A stretch of 63,106 bases of DNA, the filler included, from Octopus bimaculoides (taxonomy: Eukaryota): assembly GCF_001194135.2 (NCBI RefSeq). It is 6 parts of 5 records of this genome, joined end to end, with 100 filler letters (N's around TTAATTAATTAA, not from the genome) between each part and the next. Parts side by side here need not be neighbours in the genome. Positions count along the whole stretch, not along the records: positions 50,989 to 58,585 come from NC_068987.1; positions 58,686 to 63,106 come from NC_069008.1; 4 more parts are not named here. One strand, given 5' to 3'. Below the pieces are notes generated by a model. That model saw only the letters and a list, made by a program, of their open reading frames with translations, did no database searches and had not been told where the DNA came from. The first letter of the stretch is position 1; each line of letters starts with the position of its first letter. Below are positions 51,500 through 63,106 of the stretch, piece after piece. A program made the position numbers and the translations under genes.

Positions 51500-52080
51500 T
51501 ATTTTCTACTCTAGACACAAGGTCCGAAATTTTTAGGGCGGGAGCCAGTCGTTTACATCAACCCATGTATGTATTTGGTGCTTAATTTGTTCACCCCGAA
51601 ATGATGAATGACAAAGTCGACCTCAGCGTAAAGAAATACTGCTAAGCTGCTGACCCGGCGTGCTAACGTTTCGTATTTCTTTATTGCCTATAAGGGGTTA
51701 AACATAAAGAGGACAAACAAGGACAGACAAAGGGATCAAGTCGATTACATTAACCTCAGTGTGTAACTGGAACTTAATTCATCGACCTCGAAAGGATGAA
51801 AGGTAAAGTCTACCTCGGCGGAATTTGAACTCAGAACGTAACGGCAACCGAAATACTGCTAAGCATTTCGCCGGCGTGCTAAGGTTTCTTATTTCTTTAC
51901 TGCCCACAAGGGGCTACACACAGAGGGGACAAACAAAGAGAGACAAAGGGATTGAGTCGATTATATCGACGCCAGTGCGTAATTGGTACTAGGCAGAACT
52001 TGAACTTGAAACGTAACCGCAGACGAAATACCACTAGACATTTCGCCCGGCGTGCTAACGTTTCTGGCAGTTCACCGCCA
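51500..52080 (-). mobile_element. Three head-to-tail SINE family A copies
   Basis: Units at about 51500-51672, 51673-51887 and 51888-52080, each ending ...cggcgtgctaa(c/g)gtttc. Confidence 0.8.
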
Positions 52081-52983
52081 TAGATAAAGAGAGAAATGTT
52101 AAAGGCATAAAGACGTTGAATTACATGGTTAAAAATTTTGTTGAAAAATAGAGAGAAAAGGAGAAGTATAAATTGCTTAATAGAGGGAAATATTTAACTA
52201 TATTATTTTTACTGGAAGAGAAGTACTTATCAATATCAAGATAAAAATACAAATCATCCTTTCTTAAATAGCTTCTCTTAATGACTTTCGTTCTGTGGTA
52301 TTCCAAGGGTCTCAGTAATCATAATAATAATACTACTACTACTAATAATAATAATNNNNNNNNNNNNNNNNNNNNNNNNNNNNNNNNNNNNNNNNNNNNN
52401 NNNNNNNNNNNNNNNNNNNNNNNNNNNNNNNNNNNNNNNNNNNNNNNNNNNNNNNNNNNNNNNNNNNNNNNNNNNNNNNNNNNNNNNNNNNNNNNNNNNN
52501 NNNNNNNNNNNNNNNNNNNNNNNNNNNNNNNNNNNNNNNNNNNNNNNNNNNNNNNNNNNNNNNNNNNNNNNNNNNNNNNNNNNNNNNNNNNNNNNNNNNN
52601 NNNNNNNNNNNNNNNNNNNNNNNNNNNNNNNNNNNNNNNNNNNNNNNNNNNNNNNNNNNNNNNNNNNNNNNNNNNNNNNNNNNNNNNNNNNNNNNNNNNN
52701 NNNNNNNNNNNNNNNNNNNNNNNNNNNNNNNNNNNNNNNNNNNNNNNNNNNNNNNNNNNNNNNNNNNNNNNNNNNNNNNNNNNNNNNNNNNNNNNNNNNN
52801 NNNNNNNNNNNNNNNNNNNNNNNNNNNNNNNNNNNNNNNNNNNNNNNNNNNNNNNNNNNNNNNNNNNNNNNNNNNNNNNNNNNNNNNNNNNNNNNNNNNN
52901 NNNNNNNNNNNNNNNNNNNNNNNNNNNNNNNNNNNNNNNNNNNNNNNNNNNNNNNNNNNNNNNNNNNNNNNNNNNNNNNNNNN

Positions 52984-53060
<77 letters not shown>

Positions 53061-54524
53061 CAACATCAAGAACAACAGATACGTAGAGGATCATACGCCG
53101 TCAGTTCGGAATCCCATACGAGAATAGTTGCTGGGAACATATGCCTGCCAACCTAGTAGAGAATAAAATCGATACCGTTCTTTTGGACTTTACTATTCAA
53201 ACTGAGGGAGTTAGATCAATAAAGAAATCATTGCAGTGAGAAATCATATTCTCATATGTCAATCTCTGAACAAAGTTTGAAAATTAAGTAAATACAATGA
53301 AGATAACATAGAGGTCTCAGGAATGAAACGTGTTAAAACGAAATAATGTGTCTGTGATTATTTCATGGGTGCGTTTGCTGTTAGTTCTGCTGCTGTCGAC
53401 GGGACCGTTGCAGCTTTGGTTGTGTTGTAATTACTGCTGATGAGGTTTTGGGTGTTTTAATTGTAGTATTTATATAGGCAGATGCAGCGAGCCTTCTCAT
53501 TTTGGCAGGAGAATTAATTTAGCTGACATCTCCTTTCCTGTGCCACATATGTCTTCTGCTCTCCAATGTCATAGCGAATCCTGTCCCGCACAGCAGTTGA
53601 ATTACTCACGAGATATTCTCTAGATGTTCTGTAAAAGCATCTCCATTCCCATTCTGAATTAATTCACCTGACTATTGTTTGGTCTCGCCAAAGATGATAT
53701 CACTTCCCCGCGGAGTAAGGCAAGTCACAAGTCAGAAATCGGACTCTGTTGAAACACCTGATATTTCAGACTTAATATCCGTTTTCTGAGGTAAGTGGAA
53801 AGTGGACAGATTTCTCTCTTAATAATGACAAGGTGTGTTTTTGTGCCAGACTTCGTTGTATAATTGCAGTTCGTGAAATTCATATCCTTCACCTATTTCC
53901 CCTAAATAACAGGTGCCTTTCGGGCTATTTCAATGCATCGATTTCCCGGTGAGCCACATTTGTAAATGATATTTCTTAGGGTAGTAATAAATTAGTACAT
54001 TGTCTTTGTGTTTAATAAATGCTCCCATCCTATTAAGTTGGCTTGTTTGCCCGCCATCCACACATGTATATCCTGCGGGAAAGAGTTCAATTTCGTGGCG
54101 TTTCTTTGTACGGTCATATTGATAGACATGGTGGTGGTGTTAATTTAGACAGATGCAGTAACATTGAATTAGTGATGAGCGTGCTTTTGTGCACACACAG
54201 TAGTTTGTTTGCTTTGTTCTGTTTTTGTATTTGCTCTTGCGTTTCATGTTACTAAGGAAGTGGTCTTAATGATATTGTGATGGTGGTGTTGCATTGTCGG
54301 TATACAGCATTTTGCAGGATGTTGTTGTTGTTATGGTTGCTGATCAGAACAGTTGCTGTGGCAACGTCAATTTTATTCTTATGGTTCGTTGTGCTTAATA
54401 CATTCCCGTTGTTCTCGTATACTAGGATTTTGATGAATTTTGCCACAAACGGTCAATAAACAACATGGCTAAAATGCTTATATTTATTTTTAATTAGCCT
54501 TACATATATGTTGAATATCAAAGT

Positions 54525-54745
54525 AGCGTGCTGGCAGGTTCCTTAGCAGGCTGACAAAATGCTTAACAGCATTTCGTTCGAGCTTGCTTTCTGAGTTTAA
54601 ATTACGACGAGTTCGAATTTGCCTTTCATAATTCTGGACTTAATCAAATAAGTACCAGTCAAGTATCAGTGGTGTACTGCTGGTCATGTATTGACTAATG
54701 CCTCACCCGCTAGAATCTTCCAGGCCTTGTGCCTGTAGTAAAAAG
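54525..54745 (+). mobile_element. SINE family A (diverged)
   Basis: gctggcagg...ctgagtttaaatt...aagtaccagt...ggccttgtgcctgtagtaaaaag. Confidence 0.75.
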
Positions 54746-54899
54746 AATTGTTGTAATTATTGTTATATGTTTGACGTTTGTTTGTATTTGTACACGTTGA
54801 CATCATATCTCACCCAGAGACCTCAAGAGACGCTGAAGTTCGTAGTATGCCAAGTGTGTGTTATGCTTACTGTGTCATAATGTTTAAGAAAACATTAGA

Positions 54900-56170
54900 C
54901 AATTATGAGCTTGTGTTGAAATTTGTGATTATGCAGTAATTCCGATAGGGACAGTTCCTATGAGCACAATCTTTTGAATTTCTTCCATTTTGGGGTTTCC
55001 TAGGTTTTGAGCTACGTAGGATGCAGGCCATTGTGTTATCCTTCCTAGAGCACCCATTACAATAGGTATTGTTTACTCTTGAGATTCCACATTTTTCCAA
55101 AATCTATTTCAAGCTCTTTATACTTGCTCAGCTTTTGGTAGGTCTTGACAGACATATAATTACGTCGATTGGGATAGTCATATCAATGAGGAAGCATGAA
55201 TATTGTCTGAAATCTTTCAATATAGTGTTTGGCCTCTTCGCATCTCTCTTTCTGTCAGTTTGAACGGTGAAGTTCCAGATGAATGAGATGTGATCATTAT
55301 CAAGGACTGGGGGTGGTTTCTGTTCCCACCAGATTTTATCATAGGGTAGGTACAAGTTTTTTGCAAATTACCCAGTGAATATACTGTGCTGATCAATCAA
55401 GCCTGCTGAGATACTCTGTAGGCGCAAGAAGACTGCACATGGCGACAACATGGTCAATGGTTTCATTTTGTTGTTTACATACACGACATGTTGGGCTACT
55501 GCCGTTCTTTAGTATGTTGGTCTGGTAGCTCCATCTAGGTAGGCATAGATCTTAGGGTGCTATGATAAACGCTTCTGATTTTAAGCCTGAAGACACTAAC
55601 AATTGATGGGTAAGGACTTTGTCAACATAGGCATTACAAGCTCTCTTTCGCTATTTGCCATTGAAAGATTTTTCTTGCCATTTGTCTGTAAGTATATCTA
55701 AAGCAGCAGGTATTCCACAAGTTCGTGTGTCATTTGTGACAATATTCCAAGTTCATCTTATTGATGAGTAGCTGATCTTTACAGCCATAGGACCCAAGTT
55801 TACATTCTTTTTGCACTTTAAAGAATATGCCACTTTCTTTTAAAAAAAAACTCTAGGTATATTCAGTCAAGAGAGACTTTAGCATTTGATACATTGTTGT
55901 TAAGTAGGTTATGTGCCGATAATTTTGTTTGCTTTATTTGTTTATTCATTTTTTGGAAGTGGGAATGTCACCCCATTAACTAGCCAAGAGTTAATCACTC
56001 GGTTGTTGCAAAACATTGTTGTAAAGTTTTGTTAGCTTTTCATGACTCACTGGGTAGCTATTCAACCAGAAATAAGGAATTTATCCTTTCCTGGAGACTT
56101 CCATTTCTTTGCCTTCCCGAGAGCAAATCTTACATCAGCTACTTCGGAAAGTCCTGTCCCTCATAAACTG
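54900..56170 (-). mobile_element. Internally deleted R4/Dong-like LINE (RT start joined to knuckle/RLE region)
   Basis: KAKKWKSPGKDK...; GSYGCKDQLLINKM; then CRVCKQQNETIDHVVAMCSLLAP...WNFTVQTDRKRDAKRPN...LIDMTIP. Confidence 0.85.
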
Positions 56171-56586
56171 AGGAAAGATCACGTTCGTCACCATCGTCAT
56201 CACCAATTATTTTTCGACCTCTCAAAGTTTCAAGCAGCATTCTATTGCGTCATTTTTGCACCTTTGTGCTGGCGGGGTGGTACGTGGTACATTTGTTTTG
56301 GGGTGGAGATAGTGTATTGTGTTTTGTCATGGTATTTGGTTTGAGTCGTCTGTTATATCAGTTTTTGTAGTGAATTGCTTGAGTAGCGCAGGTTGTACTT
56401 TTCTGTCACGTTTCGACCTTCTATGGCACATGTAGGTTTTGTGCATTTTGTTGGGTATTTACAGAATGAGTTTATTCTTGCATGTTTTGCATAGAAGTGT
56501 GTGGGTGTCAATCGTAAATCAACTGTTTAAAAGTATTTATGATTATCCGTCCACCTTTGTTTTGCTTGGTTTTGTAATTGGTTTCA

Positions 56587-56589
56587 TTA

Positions 56590-56651
<62 letters not shown>

Positions 56652-57319
56652 CATTGTTCAGTAGTTTTATTTTTATAACGTGCTTTCACTTCACTACCGA
56701 GCGCTGCTCTGTGTGCCGTGGGTATGTGCTCTGGTTTGCTGTGACGCTCTTATGGTTACAGTATTGGAAGTGTTTTGCGTAGGATGTATGCAGTGCGCAC
56801 TAGTGCAATTTTCTCTATGTTATATATATTTGTAAGTCCTGATATTTTTGTTATGTATTTGTCTGAATATTTTTTTATTATACCTAAGACACCTACAATG
56901 ATAGGAATTGTTTCTGTATTTAGATTCCACATTCCTATTTCCAGGTCTTTGTATTTTGAAAGTTTTTCCATTTCTTTTAGGGAATAGTTGTCATCTGCTG
57001 GTATTGATACATCAATTAGAAAGCATTATTTTCCTTCATGATCTTTGACAACTATATCTGGTCTATTTGCCTTAATTTCTCTATCTGTGTGTATTGGCAT
57101 ATCCCAGAGCATGGTTGCTTTTTCGTTTTCTGTGACCTTTTATGGCGTGTGTTTTTACCATCTTTTTTCTGTTGTTATTCCATAGTGTTGGCATAGCTTC
57201 CAGTGTATATAGGTCCCAGCTCTGTCGTGTCTGTCAATATATTCCTTCTTAGCCAGGACTGGGCAGCCAGAGATAATATGATTTATTGTTTCTTGTCCAT
57301 TTCCACATTTTCTACAGTT
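56587..57319 (-). mobile_element. R4/Dong-like LINE 3' end with 3' UTR and (AAT)n tail
   Basis: RHDRAGTYIHWKLCQHY...LWDMPIHTDREIKANRPDIVVKD...LIDVSIP...EKLSKYKDLEI...; (ATT)n on + strand at 56587-56650. Confidence 0.9.
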
Positions 57320-57860
57320 NNNNNNNNNNNNNNNNNNNNNNNNNNNNNNNNNNNNNNNNNNNNNNNNNNNNNNNNNNNNNNNNNNNNNNNNNNNNNNNNN
57401 NNNNNNNNNNNNNNNNNNNNNNNNNNNNNNNNNNNNNNNNNNNNNNNNNNNNNNNNNNNNNNNNNNNNNNNNNNNNNNNNNNNNNNNNNNNNNNNNNNNN
57501 NNNNNNNNNNNNNNNNNNNNNNNNNNNCTTCTTCTTCTTCTTCTTCTTCTTCTTCTTCTTCTTCTTCTTCTTCTTCTTCTTCTTCTTCTTCGTATTTGTT
57601 AGGTAGTATGATTTACTTGTTTGTATTTGTCAGCTTCCTTAAAAACTGAAAACTGTTTTTTGTTTTGCTCGTGTTTTGTGGCTATTTGTATTAGTTTTCC
57701 TTGCTTCTGGAGTAGGTATTTTTGCAGTCCTATGGTAGTTATTTTATAATAGTTTTCCAGCTGTATAAGACCCCTGCCACCTCCTCTGTGTCGTATATAT
57801 ATAACCTTTCTATGTCAGATTTTGTGTGGTGCATCCTATATTCTGTCATTATTTTTCTTG

Positions 57861-57903
<43 letters not shown>

Positions 57904-57911
57904 ATCACTTA

Positions 57912-57993
<82 letters not shown>

Positions 57994-58531
57994 TTTATTA
58001 TTATTATTATCATCATTATTATTATTATACCTGATATCTTGGAAAGTTTGTCAAACGTGACAAAATCGATTCGTTTTTCTTATATTCATATATATTTCAT
58101 TTAATACACTATTTTGAATATATTTAGCAATTATCCGGAAGCACACATATGTACAACGGAAAACCGATTAACTATTGACGAGATGTTTACACGTACATAT
58201 AGAAATTAACATGTTGTCAACCAACACACCTGATGTACCACAAAAATGTTAGATATTCAATTATATATACTTAATTGCCAATTGTACAAACCTCACGGAT
58301 CCATATAAATCCATTGGCACACGTACATGTACACATATTTGCTTGCAAGCTCTCTACTGTCGAAAAGAAAATCCACTTGCAAATGTACATGGAAAGAAGA
58401 CATAGCTAGATCTTGAAATACCTATTTTCTTCCAGCAAAATTCCGCTGGTAGTAAATTGTTTCGTAATAAAATCATTTAGTGGTTGTGCTGAAATTATCA
58501 AAACGACCGAGTCACCGTTTCATTCTGTTTG

Positions 58532-58585
<54 letters not shown>

Positions 58586-60534
58586 NNNNNNNNNNNNNNN
58601 NNNNNNNNNNNNNNNNNNNNNNNNNNNNNTTAATTAATTAANNNNNNNNNNNNNNNNNNNNNNNNNNNNNNNNNNNNNNNNNNNNTATATATATGTGTGT
58701 GTGTGTGTATATATACACACACGTATATGTACATCCGTAAAAGTTGAGGAATAATTACGAGACCAACGACTTCCCGTACAAAACTAATTGCTTCGGACTC
58801 CCTAAACGTCTACAAAGCTTTTATTGTTTATAATATACTCTAAGACAGAAATTTATTTTGTCTTGCTCATCCTGCTCCCTCGTTGTCTCAAAGTATAATT
58901 ACACGTAGAATCCCAAAATAGCTACAAAACTTCTAAAGTGTGCAGTTTTATTTCTATAAAATATTCAAAACAATGGTATTTAATTCGGTTTAATTAATTT
59001 TAGTTGTCAGGTAAAATAATTATTTATTTGCAAATTGGGTAAACTTCGCCAATTTTTAGTACGTCCCTATATTTGTAGAGGATTTCATTAAAAAATATCC
59101 ATTTTCTTGAAAGTTAAGATGAATTGAAGTGGACGCCGGTGAATTTTCCGAAACCCCCCCCTCTAACACTTTCCCCCATAAGTTTTGTATATTCGGAATC
59201 TACATGATACAACACATATTCGTAGAAAATTTCATTAAAAAATATGCATTTTTCTGAAAGTTATGATCATCCAAAGTCGGTGGTGGGGAGGAATCTGTAG
59301 TTATGCCGGATTGGATTCTTCACAACAATAGACCCTGCCATTGAGTTCTCAGTTGTGAGTTTCTCGCCAGAAAGAGCATGGTATCGCTTCTGCCCCAGGT
59401 GGACAAGATGCTGCTAAACATTTAACTTGGCATGCTAACAATCCTGTCAGTTCACTGCCTGAAAACAGGAATAATTACCAACTGTTCCAATGATCAGATT
59501 CATTGATAGCACATGCCCCCAAAAGACAGAAAAAGACATAAGGGAAACAAAACTCATTGGTGGAGGGGAGGCAAAGAGTTCCCAGAAAGGTTGTTTGAGG
59601 CATGTTTGGAGGTCAGATTTCTTCATAACACTAGTTTCGGGGCAGAAGGTAAGTTCTCTATATCAACCCCAGTGCTTAGACCTACCCTACAATGTTAGTC
59701 TAAAAAATATAGTTACTTAATCAAAATCTCAAAGCTACATGATAATACAGGATAAATTCAAAGCAATGTGAATGAATAAGCATTGTATTTGATGGGGTAT
59801 TTGGAATGCTAAAGGGTTAAATAGCTGGGAACCAGGTGAGGGTCTGACTCATGCAAGCATGGAAAAATGATTGTTGTAACAATGATAATGATGTTCTGCA
59901 AAGTAGGGCCAGCTAATAACAGCCAAGTCATGTAATGAAATCATCACCATTGTTGTTTTTGGTGCTCACTTTTCCATGCTTACATGAGTTACGCAGGATT
60001 CAGTGAAGCAAAATTTCCATGGCTCAGTTTGCCCATTCTGTTGCCAACTTCCTGTTTCCAAGGAAGTCGATGTTTCTCACCTGTCTGGATATGTTTTCAT
60101 GGACAATTGGAAACAAACAATATTGTGATTTATTCATCAATGTTTATGTTTGTTTCATGTTATAATGTTCACAGGACCATTTTCATCATAAGGCAGCTTA
60201 ATCAGAATTAACCTGGAGGTAAACATGAACTGTTAAACACTCAGGAGTTCTAGGAGGTTGTGAGACATGCTAGAAATAATTGATACATTCACCCACCTAA
60301 AACCTACTTGCAATAAATTTTTATTTTTAGTCTTAAAAATTGAGGCCTGTATGGGATTGTGTAGTCCTAGATATATAATGCAAATGACAAAGATAGGATG
60401 TTTATGAATGGAATATTTTTAACCATGGTTGCTCAGTCAGCCCTGGGGTTAAATAACTATGTCAAATTATATTTCTGGAAAGAAATGGTTTTTGTTTACT
60501 ATTCTCTATCTTTTCTTTTACTTATTTCCATCAT

Positions 60535-60850
60535 TAGGGCACCACCTTGAAGTTTTAGTTGAATTGATCCCCAGCACTTGATTTTTATTCAGCCTGTTAC
60601 TTATTGTATGAGTCCCTTTTGTCGATCCATTAAGTTACAGTTGTCAAGCAGCAGTAGAAACAAACACAGACACAAAGATGCACACATACACACATATATA
60701 TATGACAGGCTTCTTTCAGTTTTTGTTTTTGAAATCCTCTGACAAAGCATTGGTTAGCCCAAGGCTATTGTAGAAGACACTTGCCCAAAGTGCCATGCAG
60801 TTGGATTGAACCTTTGTGGTTGCGAAGCCAGTTCTTAGCACATAGCCCCC
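60535..60850 (-). mobile_element. SINE family B (diverged); other partial copies at about 21118-21245 (+), 46250-46450 (-), 19505-19600 (+)
   Basis: ggcaccaccttgaag...gtagaagacacttgcccaa... Confidence 0.7.
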
Positions 60851-60994
60851 ATCTGTACATAGTTTATATAATATACATAATGTCATGCAGTGTGAAAGTG
60901 TAATTCTGGTTTGCAAATGTGTAAACTTCATACTTAATTCTTTGATGTCAATTTTCCACTATTGAATCTCTTTTTTAAGTAGCCACTAAATCTC

Positions 60995-61020
60995 AAACTG
61001 ATGTTTCTTTATTATTTCAG
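60995..61020 (+). promoter_or_regulatory. Candidate 3' splice acceptor for the ZNF coding exon (exon would start at 61021)
   Basis: aactgatgtttctttattatttcag: pyrimidine tract ending TTTCAG, about 300 nt before the ATG. Confidence 0.6.
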
Positions 61021-61279
61021 AATATCAGATGACATTGCCATAGCACAAGAGGCAGCTTCAATATTTATCATCTTATAAAGACTAAATTTATATTTTATAT
61101 AGAACAGATACTTACCACTGTTTCTATAAATTTATCACAGAACTCCAGTGAGATTATTAACAAAATTTCTGTTAGTCATAGTCTGGAGTGTGTGTGCTAA
61201 TTATAAGCTTGGATAAATTTTCAAAAGTGATATTAAACGTAACTCTGGACAGAAATACAGCAGCTGAAAAGATTTGTAA

Positions 61280-62341
<1,062 letters not shown>

Positions 62342-62425
62342 AAGCCACATCAATGATATTTGTGGTAAATCATTCTCTCAAAGTCATGACTTAACCGGAC
62401 ACTTATGTATCCAGATAAAAGTGTA
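62342..62425 (+). pseudogene. Decayed 12th zinc finger downstream of the stop codon
   Basis: After TAG (in place of linker GAG): AAG CCA CAT CAA T GAT ATT TGT GGT AAA TCA TTC TCT CAA AGT CAT GAC TTA ACC GGA CAC, i.e. [16 protein letters not shown] after a 2-nt loss that removes the first Cys. Confidence 0.85.
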
Positions 62426-62839
62426 ACTGTATCCATACGAAAATTCTTAACAACAAACATTTTAAGTTCCTCCTGAAGTGAGGTGGGCTTAGCTTTGTGA
62501 ACTTAACCCATGACAACAACCAAGCCACTCATCATGGCCCCCTTTCTGAGGCAATTTTTGACAACTGATTGAACTTTTTTTTATACCAACCTCTTGGTCA
62601 CCTCTCACAGCATATAAGGATATGAAAGAAACACCTACCCTCTGTAACTGTAATTGTATTCCCACTGGAAAGAAGATGTGACTGATAACAGCTTCCCAAC
62701 ATTATTGAGATGAATTTTTAATAAAAGACATTTCCTCAAGATTTTGAACTTGTTTACTGTGTTTGAACTGATATGTAACCAATAAGGGGGAATGAAGAAA
62801 CCTGCGACCCACAGCTCCCTGTCAATAGAATTATTCATC

Positions 62840-63106
62840 TGATACTGTTTTGCTTATGAATTCTTCCAATTGCAAGTTTTCTTTTCAGGTACACGACACT
62901 GTTTTTCCCCCTTCCCAGGCTACAGGCCCACACTCCCAACACCCATACTGTTAGGATTGGCACTCTCAACGTCGGCACGCTGAAAGGTAGATCTGGTGAA
63001 ATTGTTGAGATGCTTGAACGGAGACACGTAGATATGTGCTGCATCCAGGAAGTAAGATGGAGAGGAGGTTCTGCGAGGTTCCTCACAGGCAAAGAACACA
63101 GGTACA
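62840..63106 (+). mobile_element. RTE-clade LINE 5' end (APE endonuclease start); runs off the window
   Basis: From 62947: TVRIGTLNVGTLKGRSGEIVEMLERRHVDMCCIQEVRWRGGSARFLTGKEHRY. Confidence 0.9.

Noticed and set aside
53330-54470. Coding-like minus-strand stretch (possible gag relic)
   Set aside because: Motif-like pieces are in the wrong order and many stops are present; cannot assign.

Overview
AT-rich, microsatellite-laden, gap-rich animal genomic DNA. It is most likely an octopus scaffold; this is inferred from the tRNA-derived SINE families and a KRAB-less tandem C2H2 gene with TGEKPYHCD(I/V)CGKSFS fingers. The only intact long ORF is an 11-finger C2H2 zinc-finger gene (61322-62341, +), followed by a decayed 12th finger. 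Most other recognisable sequence is transposon-derived. Non-LTR retrotransposon fragments include R4/Dong-like RLE, Tx1/L1-like, RTE-like and probable CRE-like pieces. DNA-transposon material includes a Helitron PIF1 helicase fragment and 3' ends, a ZMYM1/DUF4371-type hAT transposase relic, and mariner/Tc1, hAT and piggyBac-type MITEs. There are also about 20 SINE copies built from shared modules. Signals not explained by the ORF track: (1) a 1.65-kb Tx1-like element with ORF1 but no ORF2, bounded by a perfect 16-bp target-site duplication; (2) small minus-strand exon candidates (about 9-33 kb) that may encode a CUB-like extracellular protein; (3) minimal hammerhead-like folds in a Penelope-type repeat; (4) an RFX X-box-like cluster beside a strong splice donor; (5) several perfect hairpins. 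TTAATTAATTAA within 100-bp gaps is an assembly linker. No CRISPR, rRNA or bona fide tRNA gene was seen. All family assignments are by eye; no database search was run, and many boundaries are approximate.
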